64,000 nucleotides of DNA, taken from contig CAYSKP010000027.1 of assembly GCA_964431645.1 (NCBI GenBank), positions 3,385 through 67,384 of the forward strand. The letters are read 5' to 3'. Of this stretch, positions 35,926-45,435 are shown piece by piece. Position 1 is the stretch's first letter. Each line of letters begins with the position of its first letter. A program made the translations under genes and the position numbers. Under the pieces are notes generated by a model. The model had not been told where the DNA came from. It saw nothing but the letters and a program-made list of their open reading frames with translations, and searched no databases. Origin of the DNA: an uncultured Pirellulales bacterium. Its GTDB lineage: Bacteria; Planctomycetota; Phycisphaerae; Sedimentisphaerales; Anaerobacaceae.

Positions 35926-37071
35926 CTACCAATCTTTATCGACGTTCTGGAAGCCGGGTCTTTGCATCATTTGACGCTGTTCTTTTTGTTTTTGCTCATT
36001 ATCGAGGATTTCTTCTGCTGTAGCATCAGGAGCGGCTTGCTGTTCTTGCTGCTGCTGTTGCGCCTCATTTGGTTCCTGTGATTGATTTTGTTGCTGTTCG
36101 TTTTGCTGTTGATTATCCTGCTGCTGATTCTGCTGCTGTTGCTGCTGTTGGTTTTGTTGGTCAGACAAATTCTTTAAAGCTTTTTCAATTTCATCTGCGG
36201 CCTTATCCTGAGCTTGCTTTGCCAAACCGGCTTGTGAATTATTTAATTTTTCAGCGGCATCCTTTTGTTTGTCAGTCGCGTCCTGAAGATTCTGGGCGGC
36301 CTGCTGCATCTGCGGATTGGGAGTATTGGGGTCCTGCTGCTGCTGGATTTTCTCCATTGTCTGCTGAGTTTTATCCTTCAAATCAGATTGCTGCTTAGCG
36401 ATATCCTTGTAATCCTGCTGAGCCTGCTCCTGCGAGATGCTGTTGTTATCTGCATTTTGTTTTGTCTGCTGAGTCTTATCAGCTAAAGATTTTTGCTGCT
36501 CAAGCAATTGCTTTAACTCTTCCTGAGTTTGTCTTTGCTGCTCTTGCTGTTGTTCCTGCTGCTGTTTTTGCTTATTAATCTGGTCAATGATATCTTTGAT
36601 GGTTATTCGAGCCACTTCGATATTTTTCGCTGCCTTTTCATTGGCTGGATTGATATCAAGAACCTGTCGCCATGAGCTGATTGCCTCCTGCATATTTTGC
36701 AATGCCTTCTGCAGGTCGGAATCCTTCAGTTTCGAGCCTTGTTTAAAGAAACAATCGCCAAGATTGTATTTTGCTTTTTCGACCAGTTTCATGTCTTTGC
36801 TTTCGGCGGCAACTCCCTTATATAAATCAATTGCCTGCTTAAGGTCATCGAGACGATATAGGCTGTCTGCCTTGTTGAATTTTGGCTCGATTATCTGAGG
36901 TGATTCCGTCAATGCGCGGTCGTAGCCATCGGCAGCTTCTTTAAATTGTCCCTGTTTATATAATTTATTCGCTTTGCGCACGATGCCGCCGGCAGATTCA
37001 GCACGAAGCTGCTGATCTGTAAACAACAGTATTAATGAAACCAAAAATAACTTAAGCTTTCTTCCGCTCAC
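35926..37071 (-). CDS. batC: BatC-like TPR protein with a long Gln-rich tail
   Basis: N-terminal TPR repeats, then extended Q/E/N/K low complexity (QQQQEQQQEQQRQ... and QQNQQQQQQQNQQQDNQQQNEQQQNQ). Confidence 0.65.
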   Translation of the reverse strand: MSGRKLKLFLVSLILLFTDQQLRAESAGGIVRKANKLYKQGQFKEAADGYDRALTESPQIIEPKFNKADSLYRLDDLKQAIDLYKGVAAESKDMKLVEKAKYNLGDCFFKQGSKLKDSDLQKALQNMQEAISSWRQVLDINPANEKAAKNIEVARITIKDIIDQINKQKQQQEQQQEQQRQTQEELKQLLEQQKSLADKTQQTKQNADNNSISQEQAQQDYKDIAKQQSDLKDKTQQTMEKIQQQQDPNTPNPQMQQAAQNLQDATDKQKDAAEKLNNSQAGLAKQAQDKAADEIEKALKNLSDQQNQQQQQQQNQQQDNQQQNEQQQNQSQEPNEAQQQQQEQQAAPDATAEEILDNEQKQKEQRQMMQRPGFQNVDKDW

Positions 37072-38065
37072 TTATCAGCACCTCGCAAATTAAAATCAAA
37101 ATAGCAGCAGCTAAAAATATCTGAAATCTTTCATCATAGGTTATCATTGTGGCCGATTCGGTTTCTCGCTTCGCGGCTGAAACAACAAGCTCCTGATAAA
37201 TATTACCTAAATCGAGAGTTGTTCCAGGTTCAATTCCTATATATCTGCCGCCCTGAGTCTCGGCGGCAATTTTTCTCAGTGTATCAGCATCGAGCTTGGA
37301 CCATACCTCCTGACCTTTGTATTTCAAAAAAGTTGTTTGGCCATCCGGACCTGTGAATGGTATGCGTGAACCTTCATTTTCATTGCCTAATCCGACAGCG
37401 ATTATTCTGATTCCCTGCGCGGCTGCTTTTTGTGCTGCCTCGACGGGGAAACTGTCATGGTCTTCACCATCGGTTATAAGTATAAGGTCTTTGTATTCGC
37501 GTGACTGCTTATCAAAAACTTCTTCGGCGGCCTTTCGCAGCGCATCGCCTACGGCTGTACCGCCCTTTGAAGTGCTTTCAGTAGATATCTCCGCCAGTGC
37601 CATTCTTACAAACGCGTAATCCTGTGTAAGGGGACATTTTACTGTTGAGCTTCCGGCAAATGTCACAATAGCGATTCTGTCTCCTGTTAATTGTTCGAGC
37701 AGGTCGCCGATGGCTATTTTTGCCCGCTCGAGCCGGTTGGGCTTTATATCTTCAGCCAGCATGGAGCGGGAAGTATCAAGGAGGATAACGACATCTCTGC
37801 CTTTTCCTTTTATCTCAAGGGACCTTGGGTTCCACCTTGGCTCTGTGATTGCCGCAATGATTGCGCCAAAAGCAAATATTAAAAGCGCTGCTTTGAGGAT
37901 TTGTTTTTTAAGACTAACGCCAATATTGATTTGCTTGAGCATTTCCATGCTGGCAAGCACCTTTAATGCTGAAGCTTTTCTGTAAAAACACCAGCCGTAA
38001 ACCGGCAGCAGAACTGCCGGTATTATAAACAATAGCCACAATGCTTTATCGTTTCCAAGATTCAT
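37052..38065 (-). CDS. batB: BatB-like von Willebrand factor A protein
   Basis: Two N-terminal TM helices, a VWA MIDAS motif (DTSRSM) and a C-terminal TM helix. Confidence 0.8.
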   Translation of the reverse strand: MNLGNDKALWLLFIIPAVLLPVYGWCFYRKASALKVLASMEMLKQINIGVSLKKQILKAALLIFAFGAIIAAITEPRWNPRSLEIKGKGRDVVILLDTSRSMLAEDIKPNRLERAKIAIGDLLEQLTGDRIAIVTFAGSSTVKCPLTQDYAFVRMALAEISTESTSKGGTAVGDALRKAAEEVFDKQSREYKDLILITDGEDHDSFPVEAAQKAAAQGIRIIAVGLGNENEGSRIPFTGPDGQTTFLKYKGQEVWSKLDADTLRKIAAETQGGRYIGIEPGTTLDLGNIYQELVVSAAKRETESATMITYDERFQIFLAAAILILICEVLISERKKA

Positions 38066-38074
38066 ATTTCAACC

Positions 38075-39160
38075 TTACGGAATTTTCCTTAAAATTGTGC
38101 AGCTTGCGACCATTTCACAAAGCAAAGTAACCAAAGCCGCCGTTGTCCATGGTCCGAACCTTTCAGCATATTGGGTGTATTGGACGGCTTTAACCTCGGT
38201 TTTTTCTAGCTTATCTATTTTTTCAATTATTTTTTTAAGGGCATCCGCGTCATCAGCCCGGCCGTAAAAACCGCCGGTAGTCTCGGCAATGGCTTTAAGC
38301 AGCGGCTCATCAAGATCCTGCTCAATGGGCATCTTAAATGTCCCCATCATAGTCTGCACAGTCGTAAATGCCTGGCCGGAACCGATACCAATGGTGTAAA
38401 TTTTAATCCCCCACTTTTTAGCAAGTTCCGCAGCCTGCATAGGGGTATATTGGCCCCTGTTATTTGCGCCGTCTGTCAGCAGGATAATCGCCTTGCTTTT
38501 TATCTTAAAATCGGGCTTTTCGGATGTAGATATCATTCTCGCTTTAATAAGCTTTTTATTTCTTAACTGAATCTCTTCTTCGGCTTTTTGCAGACGAGCA
38601 GCTGCCAGTGATATTGCATCGCCTATAGCCGTCCCGTCTTCACTTCTAAGCCGGACAATATCGGTGTTCTTTAAAAATTCAAGAAGGACGTTATGGCTTA
38701 TCACCAGGGGACAAACTGTATCCGGGAAACGGGCGAATGTAACAAGTCCGAGTAAATCGCCGCTTCTGCCTGCCAAACCCTCTTTACCCATAATAAAATC
38801 AGAGAGAACTTTTTTAAGTGTTTCAAAGCGATTAAGCTTTTGGCCATAGTAATCCATTTCGGCGCCCATACTGCTGGAGTGGTCGACAACTATTTCAATT
38901 GCGACACCTTCTGTGCTGATTTCCGATAAAACTGTTCCTTTTCGCGGCCGGGCAAGCGCGATTATCAACAGCACCAGGCAAACAAGGCGTGCAGCTGCAA
39001 GTAACGGCCGTAAACGCACACGCCATGAGACCGGACAATTTTTCACATTATTCAATGATGAAAAAGTAACTGCGGCCGTATGTTTCTTTCGCAGCATCAG
39101 CCAGCCAAGCAGCGGGATAAACAGCAGCAAAATTAAAGCCCAAGGCGAATACAGCTGCAT
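38075..39160 (-). CDS. batA: BatA-like von Willebrand factor A protein
   Basis: BatA N-terminal segment MQLYSPWALILLLFIPLLGWL, a VWA MIDAS motif (VDHSSSM) and a C-terminal TM helix. Confidence 0.8.
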   Translation of the reverse strand: MQLYSPWALILLLFIPLLGWLMLRKKHTAAVTFSSLNNVKNCPVSWRVRLRPLLAAARLVCLVLLIIALARPRKGTVLSEISTEGVAIEIVVDHSSSMGAEMDYYGQKLNRFETLKKVLSDFIMGKEGLAGRSGDLLGLVTFARFPDTVCPLVISHNVLLEFLKNTDIVRLRSEDGTAIGDAISLAAARLQKAEEEIQLRNKKLIKARMISTSEKPDFKIKSKAIILLTDGANNRGQYTPMQAAELAKKWGIKIYTIGIGSGQAFTTVQTMMGTFKMPIEQDLDEPLLKAIAETTGGFYGRADDADALKKIIEKIDKLEKTEVKAVQYTQYAERFGPWTTAALVTLLCEMVASCTILRKIP

Positions 39161-40264
39161 TTATGCACCTCCCGCACTGAGAGGTTGTGCTGTTTCTATC
39201 TTATCGGTGACATCTATTTGCTTAATTTGTGATTTTGTCTGCTCGATGAAATTCTTCGCTGAATCAAATGTGTGCTGAATCTGCTCATTTGTCGGACTAT
39301 GCTTTGCGAATTTGACAAGGTCGCAGTGAGTGAGAAATTCCGCCAATGATTTTGAGTGATCCTGTGTAAGGACTCCGGTATCCCGAATTTCGAACAGAAA
39401 TTCTTCTGTTGTTCGCTCTGGGGCTCTGAGTTCGAACCTGTCTTCAATATAATGCCTCAAAATATCGCTAATAGCTTCATAAAATTCCTTGACCTTGCCT
39501 GCCTTTATCAAATCCTGATTTATAAGTGCCTGCAGGCGTGCATACGCAATCTCATGGGCGGGTCTGAAAATCCTTACAGCTTCTTTTATTTTCTTTCTGC
39601 GCAGATATAACCATAAACCTGATGAGCCGCCGGCAAAAGCTAGAGCAGGTAAAAGCAACCACCAGACTGGTTTTGCCGGGATATCAACTACATCTTCGAT
39701 ATCTTCAATTGTAAGTTTTCCTCTCTGTTCACCTAATAACGATGTCACCTCGATATCAACCGGTTCAGTCTCGAGCTGGTATGTCTTGCCGGTTTGCTCA
39801 TTTGAATCGAGGAATTCAAATGTAAAGGCGGGAATCGGGAATTTTCCCGATATAAAGGGCTCAAGGCGATACCGATATGTGCTGACAATATTATTATTCA
39901 CATCGAGTCTGCCGCCAGGATTTTGCCAGTCAACAATGCCGAAACTTTCCAGCACCTTGTCGACCTTTGGCATATTTACATCGTAACCTGGGCTGATGAC
40001 GGTCTCAAATTCGAGCCAGAGGGTGTCGGCTATTGTGATTTTATTTTTATCAGCACGCAGATGCACAGTAAGCGGGCCCCGGCTGTATGATTTGTCTATT
40101 TCATATGCCTGCTGTTTTTGCAGTGCTTGCCCCGATTTTTTGCAGCCTGCAAAAACCAATAAAATAGCGCACGCGATATTCGCGCTTATTTTAAATATAA
40201 TTCTGCTGTTTTGTTGTTGATTTCTACTCATTAGGCTCTTGTTTGCCGGCTCCAAGTTCGGCAT
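39161..40264 (-). CDS. Lipoprotein with a BatD-like N-terminal domain and a DUF4381-like TM/C-terminal domain
   Basis: Lipobox LVFAGC. The central TM is followed by RRKK...YARLQAL...FYEAISDILRHYIEDRF...TTEEFL...CDLVKFAKH, which is the DUF4381 pattern found in Bat operons. Confidence 0.55.
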   Translation of the reverse strand: MPNLEPANKSLMSRNQQQNSRIIFKISANIACAILLVFAGCKKSGQALQKQQAYEIDKSYSRGPLTVHLRADKNKITIADTLWLEFETVISPGYDVNMPKVDKVLESFGIVDWQNPGGRLDVNNNIVSTYRYRLEPFISGKFPIPAFTFEFLDSNEQTGKTYQLETEPVDIEVTSLLGEQRGKLTIEDIEDVVDIPAKPVWWLLLPALAFAGGSSGLWLYLRRKKIKEAVRIFRPAHEIAYARLQALINQDLIKAGKVKEFYEAISDILRHYIEDRFELRAPERTTEEFLFEIRDTGVLTQDHSKSLAEFLTHCDLVKFAKHSPTNEQIQHTFDSAKNFIEQTKSQIKQIDVTDKIETAQPLSAGGA

Positions 40265-41321
40265 TGTGAATGATTACATTATATTTATCCATCATTTCAG
40301 TGATATACTGCTGCTGCACATCTCTGCGTTTTTCACCCATTAAGGATACTGCAGCCTGCTGACGAACCTCATCAAAACTTTTCTGCCGTTTTGCGGGTTG
40401 GCCGTTTGCGTCATTGACATCTTCGGTGTATTTAGCTTTATTTACTTCATAATACGTTTTCAAATCAGAGTCAGTTATATGAATTTTTGAGGCAAGCTGA
40501 TTATCCATCATCTGCTGGCTTAAGACCTCTCGTGTTAAATCGCCGATTAATCTTTTAGTCTGCGCCTTATCACTTAGCCCTTGTTCGAGTGCCTGCCTGT
40601 AAAGCACCTCCTGGGCAAGCCATGTCCTCAGGAACTGCTGCTTTGCCTGCGGGCTTTTATATTGCTCGAGCGCCTTCTTTTTTTGCTCATTAAGCTGCTC
40701 GGTCGACATAAACTGGGATAATGAAATCATCTGATTATCTATTGTATTTTCAATAAAGGAATCCAGGTCTGCGGCGGTGATTTTTTCAGGTCCTATTTCT
40801 GCCAGAATTTTCTGGTCAGGGCCTGCATCCTTTTTCATGCTCGTCCTTTGCATCAATTCATAACGCAATGCGGAAAATTTACCCATCTTCTGGAGACAAT
40901 TTTCTACTCCTGCTTTGATACTCGATTCGAGCTCGGGCTGATTTGATGTTAATTCGCTGCGATAATAATATTCCACTGCCTGGGGGAACTTTTCTGCTTT
41001 TTCCAATAGAGTGGCGGTATTAAATAATACCTTTGCTCTTTGTGCCGATGTCAGTGTTTCAGATGCTAAATAATCCTGCCAGACCTTTGCCGCCTGCTCA
41101 TAGAGATTTCTCTGTGCAAGCTTTGCTGCCAAATCCTCAGCCTGCTTATTGGTAAGCCCCGCAACAATTGCTGAAATAGGTTTTTCACCTTTTAGGCTTA
41201 TATATAAATTGAATGCTGTTAAACCTGTTAAAACAATGACAAGCAGCAGCAGGACAATAATGGCAGGATTACGCGTTTTTTTATTTTGCGGAAGTGAAAA
41301 GTTTAATTTCTGTTCATCCAT
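40224..41321 (-). CDS. Membrane-anchored SurA-N/PpiD-like chaperone-domain protein with no PPIase domain seen
   Basis: N-terminal TM helix, a TPR-like stretch, then a SurA N-terminal-type helical region (ITAADLDSFIENTIDNQ...LRTWLAQEVLYRQALEQGL...ITDSDLKTYYEVNKAKY). Confidence 0.45.
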   Translation of the reverse strand: MDEQKLNFSLPQNKKTRNPAIIVLLLLVIVLTGLTAFNLYISLKGEKPISAIVAGLTNKQAEDLAAKLAQRNLYEQAAKVWQDYLASETLTSAQRAKVLFNTATLLEKAEKFPQAVEYYYRSELTSNQPELESSIKAGVENCLQKMGKFSALRYELMQRTSMKKDAGPDQKILAEIGPEKITAADLDSFIENTIDNQMISLSQFMSTEQLNEQKKKALEQYKSPQAKQQFLRTWLAQEVLYRQALEQGLSDKAQTKRLIGDLTREVLSQQMMDNQLASKIHITDSDLKTYYEVNKAKYTEDVNDANGQPAKRQKSFDEVRQQAAVSLMGEKRRDVQQQYITEMMDKYNVIIHNAELGAGKQEPNE

Positions 41322-41346
41322 AAATATAGCTCCAAACTATTTAATT

Positions 41347-42222
41347 TCAGAAACGCCTGTGCCTCAGATGGAAAAATTGAATCAGGTCGTTAATATATGG
41401 TTTGCCTGTGCTTATATTAATACTGTCAACGTTAATCGAGCGAAGCAAAGTTTTTAATTGATTGAATCGCTCGGCACTTGTCCCTTCATATTTTCTGCGG
41501 AAACCGCTGCTTGATGTATCAATCGTAATCGTCTCACCAGTTTCAGCATCCGTAAATTCGATTATGCCTACTTTGGGCAAGGCCAATTCTGCCGGGTCGC
41601 TGACGGGCACGGCGATGCAATCGTGGCGTTTATTTAAGAGACTCAGTTGTGTTTTAAAATCTGTCTGCAGAAAATCTGAGACTAAAAATACTGTTGCCCT
41701 TTTTCGAACTACCTTTGCCAAATAATCGAGAGCAAGAGGTATATTGGTCTGTTTTTTGGTTGTCTGGAAATAAAGCAATTCACGAATTAACCTAAGGACA
41801 TGCCTGCTGCCTTTTTTTGGTGGTATGAACAATTCAATATTATCGGTGAAAATCAAAAGGCCGACTTTATCATTATTTTTTGCGGCGGCAAACGCGAGAA
41901 CTGCACAAAATTCGGCGGCAAGCTGGTTTTTTGTTTTTTCCAAAGTTCCGAACCGGCCGGATGCGCTTAAATCAACGGCAAATATTACTGTCATCTCGCG
42001 CTCTTCGACAAACCTTTTTATATAAGGTTTGCCGGTCCTTGCGGTGACATTCCAGTCAATTGTGCGGATATCATCGCCGGGCATGTACTCTCGGACCTCG
42101 TCAAATTGCATTCCCCTGCCTTTGAAAACGCTCTCGTACTGGCCCGCGAAACTGGCGTTGACCGCCCGCGATGTATAAATCTGTATCTGCCTGACTTTTT
42201 TTATCAATTCCTGTGGAATCAT
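41347..42222 (-). CDS. DUF58 protein (MoxR-associated, VWA-like)
   Basis: REYMPGDDIRTIDWNVTAR motif and its position directly after MoxR. Confidence 0.85.
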   Translation of the reverse strand: MIPQELIKKVRQIQIYTSRAVNASFAGQYESVFKGRGMQFDEVREYMPGDDIRTIDWNVTARTGKPYIKRFVEEREMTVIFAVDLSASGRFGTLEKTKNQLAAEFCAVLAFAAAKNNDKVGLLIFTDNIELFIPPKKGSRHVLRLIRELLYFQTTKKQTNIPLALDYLAKVVRKRATVFLVSDFLQTDFKTQLSLLNKRHDCIAVPVSDPAELALPKVGIIEFTDAETGETITIDTSSSGFRRKYEGTSAERFNQLKTLLRSINVDSINISTGKPYINDLIQFFHLRHRRF

Positions 42223-42263
42223 TACTTCAATCCGAAATCCGCAATGTGAAATCTAAAATTCCT

Positions 42264-43253
42264 TTACGGCACTTCGATATTATCGAAAATCGTCTGGATT
42301 ATATCTTCGCTTCTCTTGTTCTCGGCTTCCGCTTCATAGCTGACAATGACCCTGTGCCTAAGGACATCCATACCGATACTCTTTACATCCTGAGGGGTGA
42401 CATATCCACGCTGCTGAACAAAGGCATGTGCTTTGGCCGCGATTGCAAGGTATATCGTTGCTCTTGGGGAAGCGCCATAGGTAATCATATTCGTGAGTTT
42501 CAATCCGAATTTCTCGGGCTCTCTTGTGGCCGTGACTATGTTGACGATGTAATCCTTAATTTTTTCATCGATGTAGATTTCATCAACGACTGCCCTGACT
42601 TCGGCAATTTCATTTGGAGTTATAACAGGCTTTGTATCGAACTTTTTATCTGTCACTGCCATTCTATCGAGAATCTGCCGCTCCTCATTTTTATTGGGAT
42701 AATTAATCTTGAGCTTGAGCATAAACCTGTCCAGTTGTGCTTCGGGCAATGGGTATGTCCCTTCCTGCTCAATTGGATTTTGTGTCGCAAGGACCATAAA
42801 TGGGGATGGGAGTTTATGGGTCTCTTCTCCAATAGATACCTGTCTTTCCTGCATGGCCTCCAATAATGCGCTTTGGACCTTTGCCGGTGCCCTGTTGATT
42901 TCATCAGCGAGTATTATGTTTGCAAACAACGGGCCTTTGCGTGTATAGAATTGACTGTCAGATGCACGGTATATCTGGGTACCTATCAAATCAGCGGGCA
43001 GCAAATCCGGGGTAAATTGAATTCTTCTGAAATCGGCATTTATTGCCCGTGCCAATGTTGTCACCGCCAAAGTTTTGGCAAGGCCGGGGACGCCTTCGAG
43101 AAGTATATGGCCATTGGATAAAAGTCCGATAAGCATCCGTTCCAGCATATATTTTTGGCCGATTATGACCTTGTCCATCTCTGAAAATAAGGTCCGGACA
43201 AACTCACTTTTTTGCTGAACTAATGCCCCAATCTGTTTGACATCTGTCGTCAT
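42264..43253 (-). CDS. moxR: MoxR-family AAA+ ATPase
   Basis: Walker A LLEGVPGLAKT, Walker B ILADEINRA, and MoxR family length (329 aa). Confidence 0.9.
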   Translation of the reverse strand: MTTDVKQIGALVQQKSEFVRTLFSEMDKVIIGQKYMLERMLIGLLSNGHILLEGVPGLAKTLAVTTLARAINADFRRIQFTPDLLPADLIGTQIYRASDSQFYTRKGPLFANIILADEINRAPAKVQSALLEAMQERQVSIGEETHKLPSPFMVLATQNPIEQEGTYPLPEAQLDRFMLKLKINYPNKNEERQILDRMAVTDKKFDTKPVITPNEIAEVRAVVDEIYIDEKIKDYIVNIVTATREPEKFGLKLTNMITYGASPRATIYLAIAAKAHAFVQQRGYVTPQDVKSIGMDVLRHRVIVSYEAEAENKRSEDIIQTIFDNIEVP

Positions 43254-43496
43254 ATATAATCTCCTCTAAATACAAACTCAAGCAAAACCAAATACTTCTG
43301 AATAAAAGCTGTAAAAAAGCCTGTTTTTGCGTAAAAAACTCAGAAAAATTACGTTTTTCACATAAAAAGGTTCGGCAAAGCATATAAAAAATTTGATGTT
43401 TTTTAACGCCTCATCAGGTTATATTTTCATTGAAATTACAGCCGAAAAAAGGCTGATAGTCAATCGCTTTAATTAACAAACTTAAATAAATACTTT

Positions 43497-44543
43497 CTAG
43501 CCGCTTGTTACCAACTGCTCAATTTGCCTTTCCATGGCCGCCGTATACTTTCCCTGGCGGGCGGCGCTGCAGCATTTTGCACGATGATATAATATCTGCT
43601 GGGCCATGGCACTGTTTTCGTAATGACCTTTCCATGTTTCCAATGCAGGCTGCTGGATAGCGCGGGAATATGAAAAAGTAAGGGGCCACGGCAGTCTCGA
43701 TTCGAATCTTGTATGCATAGCATTGAGACGGGCCGCTGCTAAATCGTAAGGCTGACCTCCGGATAAGAAAGCTACTCCGCCTGTTGCGGCCGGAACAGTT
43801 CGCAAAAGGCAAGTCACTGTTGCGTCAGCCACTTCTTCGACAGATTCCTGTCTTTGGCATTTGATTCCGGGAAGAACCATGCTGGGTTTAAGAATTGTTT
43901 CTTCTAAAACAATCTTTTGAATATTAAGTTGGTTGAAAACGGAATGTAAAACCTCCTGTGTTACTTCAAAGCATCTGGTCATCGAATGGTCGCCGTCAAT
44001 GAGAACTTCAGGCTCAACAATGGGGACAATTCCGGCTTCAAGGGACAAAGCGGCGTAACGTGCCAGTGCATTAGCGTTTGCTTCGATGCATCCTCGTGTG
44101 GGAATGCCTTCACCAATGGTTATTACGGCCCGCCATTTTGAAAACCGGGCACCCATTTGAGCATATTCTTCGAACCTTTGCCGAAGGCCATCGAGACCTT
44201 CTGTAATTTTTTCGCCGGGATGAAAGGCCATATCTACAGCATGCTTATCAACTTTTATGCCTGGGATGATTCCCGTTTCTTTCATGATCTTAAGGAAGGG
44301 CGTTCCATCTGATTTTGATTGGCGTATAGTTTCATCGAAAAGAATTGCGCCGCTTATAAATTTTCCAAGATTGGGAGTTGTTAAAATCATTTCCCTGTAG
44401 GCCCTGCGGAAATCTTCAATTGACGGAACACCGACTTTTTCAAACCGGTTGTTGCATGTAGTGTTGCTTTCATCCATAGCCAGAAGGCCTTTGCCTTCTG
44501 CCATAAGCTGTTTTACAGTATCAATAAGGTCTTGCGCACTCAT
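43497..44543 (-). CDS. fba: Fructose-bisphosphate aldolase, class I (eukaryotic-type)
   Basis: GKGLLAMDESNTTCNNRF...GAILFDETIRQ...IIPGIKVDKH are class I aldolase hallmarks. An AAGGAG RBS precedes the ATG at 44543. Confidence 0.85.
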   Translation of the reverse strand: MSAQDLIDTVKQLMAEGKGLLAMDESNTTCNNRFEKVGVPSIEDFRRAYREMILTTPNLGKFISGAILFDETIRQSKSDGTPFLKIMKETGIIPGIKVDKHAVDMAFHPGEKITEGLDGLRQRFEEYAQMGARFSKWRAVITIGEGIPTRGCIEANANALARYAALSLEAGIVPIVEPEVLIDGDHSMTRCFEVTQEVLHSVFNQLNIQKIVLEETILKPSMVLPGIKCQRQESVEEVADATVTCLLRTVPAATGGVAFLSGGQPYDLAAARLNAMHTRFESRLPWPLTFSYSRAIQQPALETWKGHYENSAMAQQILYHRAKCCSAARQGKYTAAMERQIEQLVTSG

Positions 44544-44671
44544 TTTAATCTCCTTTAAATATGAATAATTGTCTGTGATAAAAAAGAGGGAAAGAAGTGG
44601 CATCATGCTTAAATTTTAATAGTATTTTGCTTAAGAAGTGCTGCAGCAGATGTGCTTTAAAAATGAATTTA

Positions 44672-45427
44672 TTATTTTATCTTGCCTAAAAGCCGCAGCA
44701 GCCCGTCAAGAATAGTAAGAGGATGAGGCGGACAGCCGGCGATATATAAATCAACAGGAACTATCTTATCTGCAGCATTATGAACCTGCGGCAAATCTCG
44801 ATATGGACCGCCTGATATAGCGCAAGCACCCACAGCAATGGTTATCTTGGGGTCAGGCACGGCATCGTAGGTTTTTTCCAGTGCAAGTTTCATATTATCA
44901 CTGACCGGCCCTGTAATAAGTAAACCATCGGCATGCCGGGGAGAAGCAACAAATTGAATACCGAACCTGCCTAAATCATAAACAACTGTGCCCAGGACAT
45001 TGGTATCGGCCTCGCATGCGTTACAGCCGCCGGCGGAAACCTGTCTTAGCTTCAAAGACCTGCCGAATAATTTTTTCATCCGCTTATCAAATGCTTCAGC
45101 AAGTTTTAATTCTCCATTGCAGATTATCAAATCTTCTTTTGTTCTTGCCGCCAGACGATATTCTTTACTAAGTTGTATCGCTCCAGATGGGCAAGACTGC
45201 TGACATTGCCCGCAAAATAAACATTTGCCCAGGTCAATATTTAGAGATTTTGTTTTTGTAATTGCATTTGTCGGGCAATTGTCAATGCAGCGACTGCAAT
45301 CCCGTTTACATTTTGCAAAATCAATTAAAGGCCTGCCGCGAAATCTTTCCGGAAGCGCAGGTGTGTGATTTGGAAACGAAATCGTCCGGTATCCCTGCTG
45401 CAATCTTGCCATTAAAGCCTTAATCAT
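44672..45427 (-). CDS. Fusion of a 2x[4Fe-4S] ferredoxin domain with a NuoB/HycG-like small subunit
   Basis: CKRDCSRCIDNCP and CLFCGQCQQSCP cluster motifs come first. The NuoB-type cluster ligands follow: GGCNACEAD, GACAISGG and GCPP. Confidence 0.85.
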   Translation of the reverse strand: MIKALMARLQQGYRTISFPNHTPALPERFRGRPLIDFAKCKRDCSRCIDNCPTNAITKTKSLNIDLGKCLFCGQCQQSCPSGAIQLSKEYRLAARTKEDLIICNGELKLAEAFDKRMKKLFGRSLKLRQVSAGGCNACEADTNVLGTVVYDLGRFGIQFVASPRHADGLLITGPVSDNMKLALEKTYDAVPDPKITIAVGACAISGGPYRDLPQVHNAADKIVPVDLYIAGCPPHPLTILDGLLRLLGKIK

Positions 45428-45435
45428 TTCGTCAC

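Noticed and set aside
42213-42866. 217-aa + strand ORF
   Set aside because: It is antisense to the MoxR AAA+ ATPase gene, which has clear Walker motifs. The ORF has no motifs and an odd composition.
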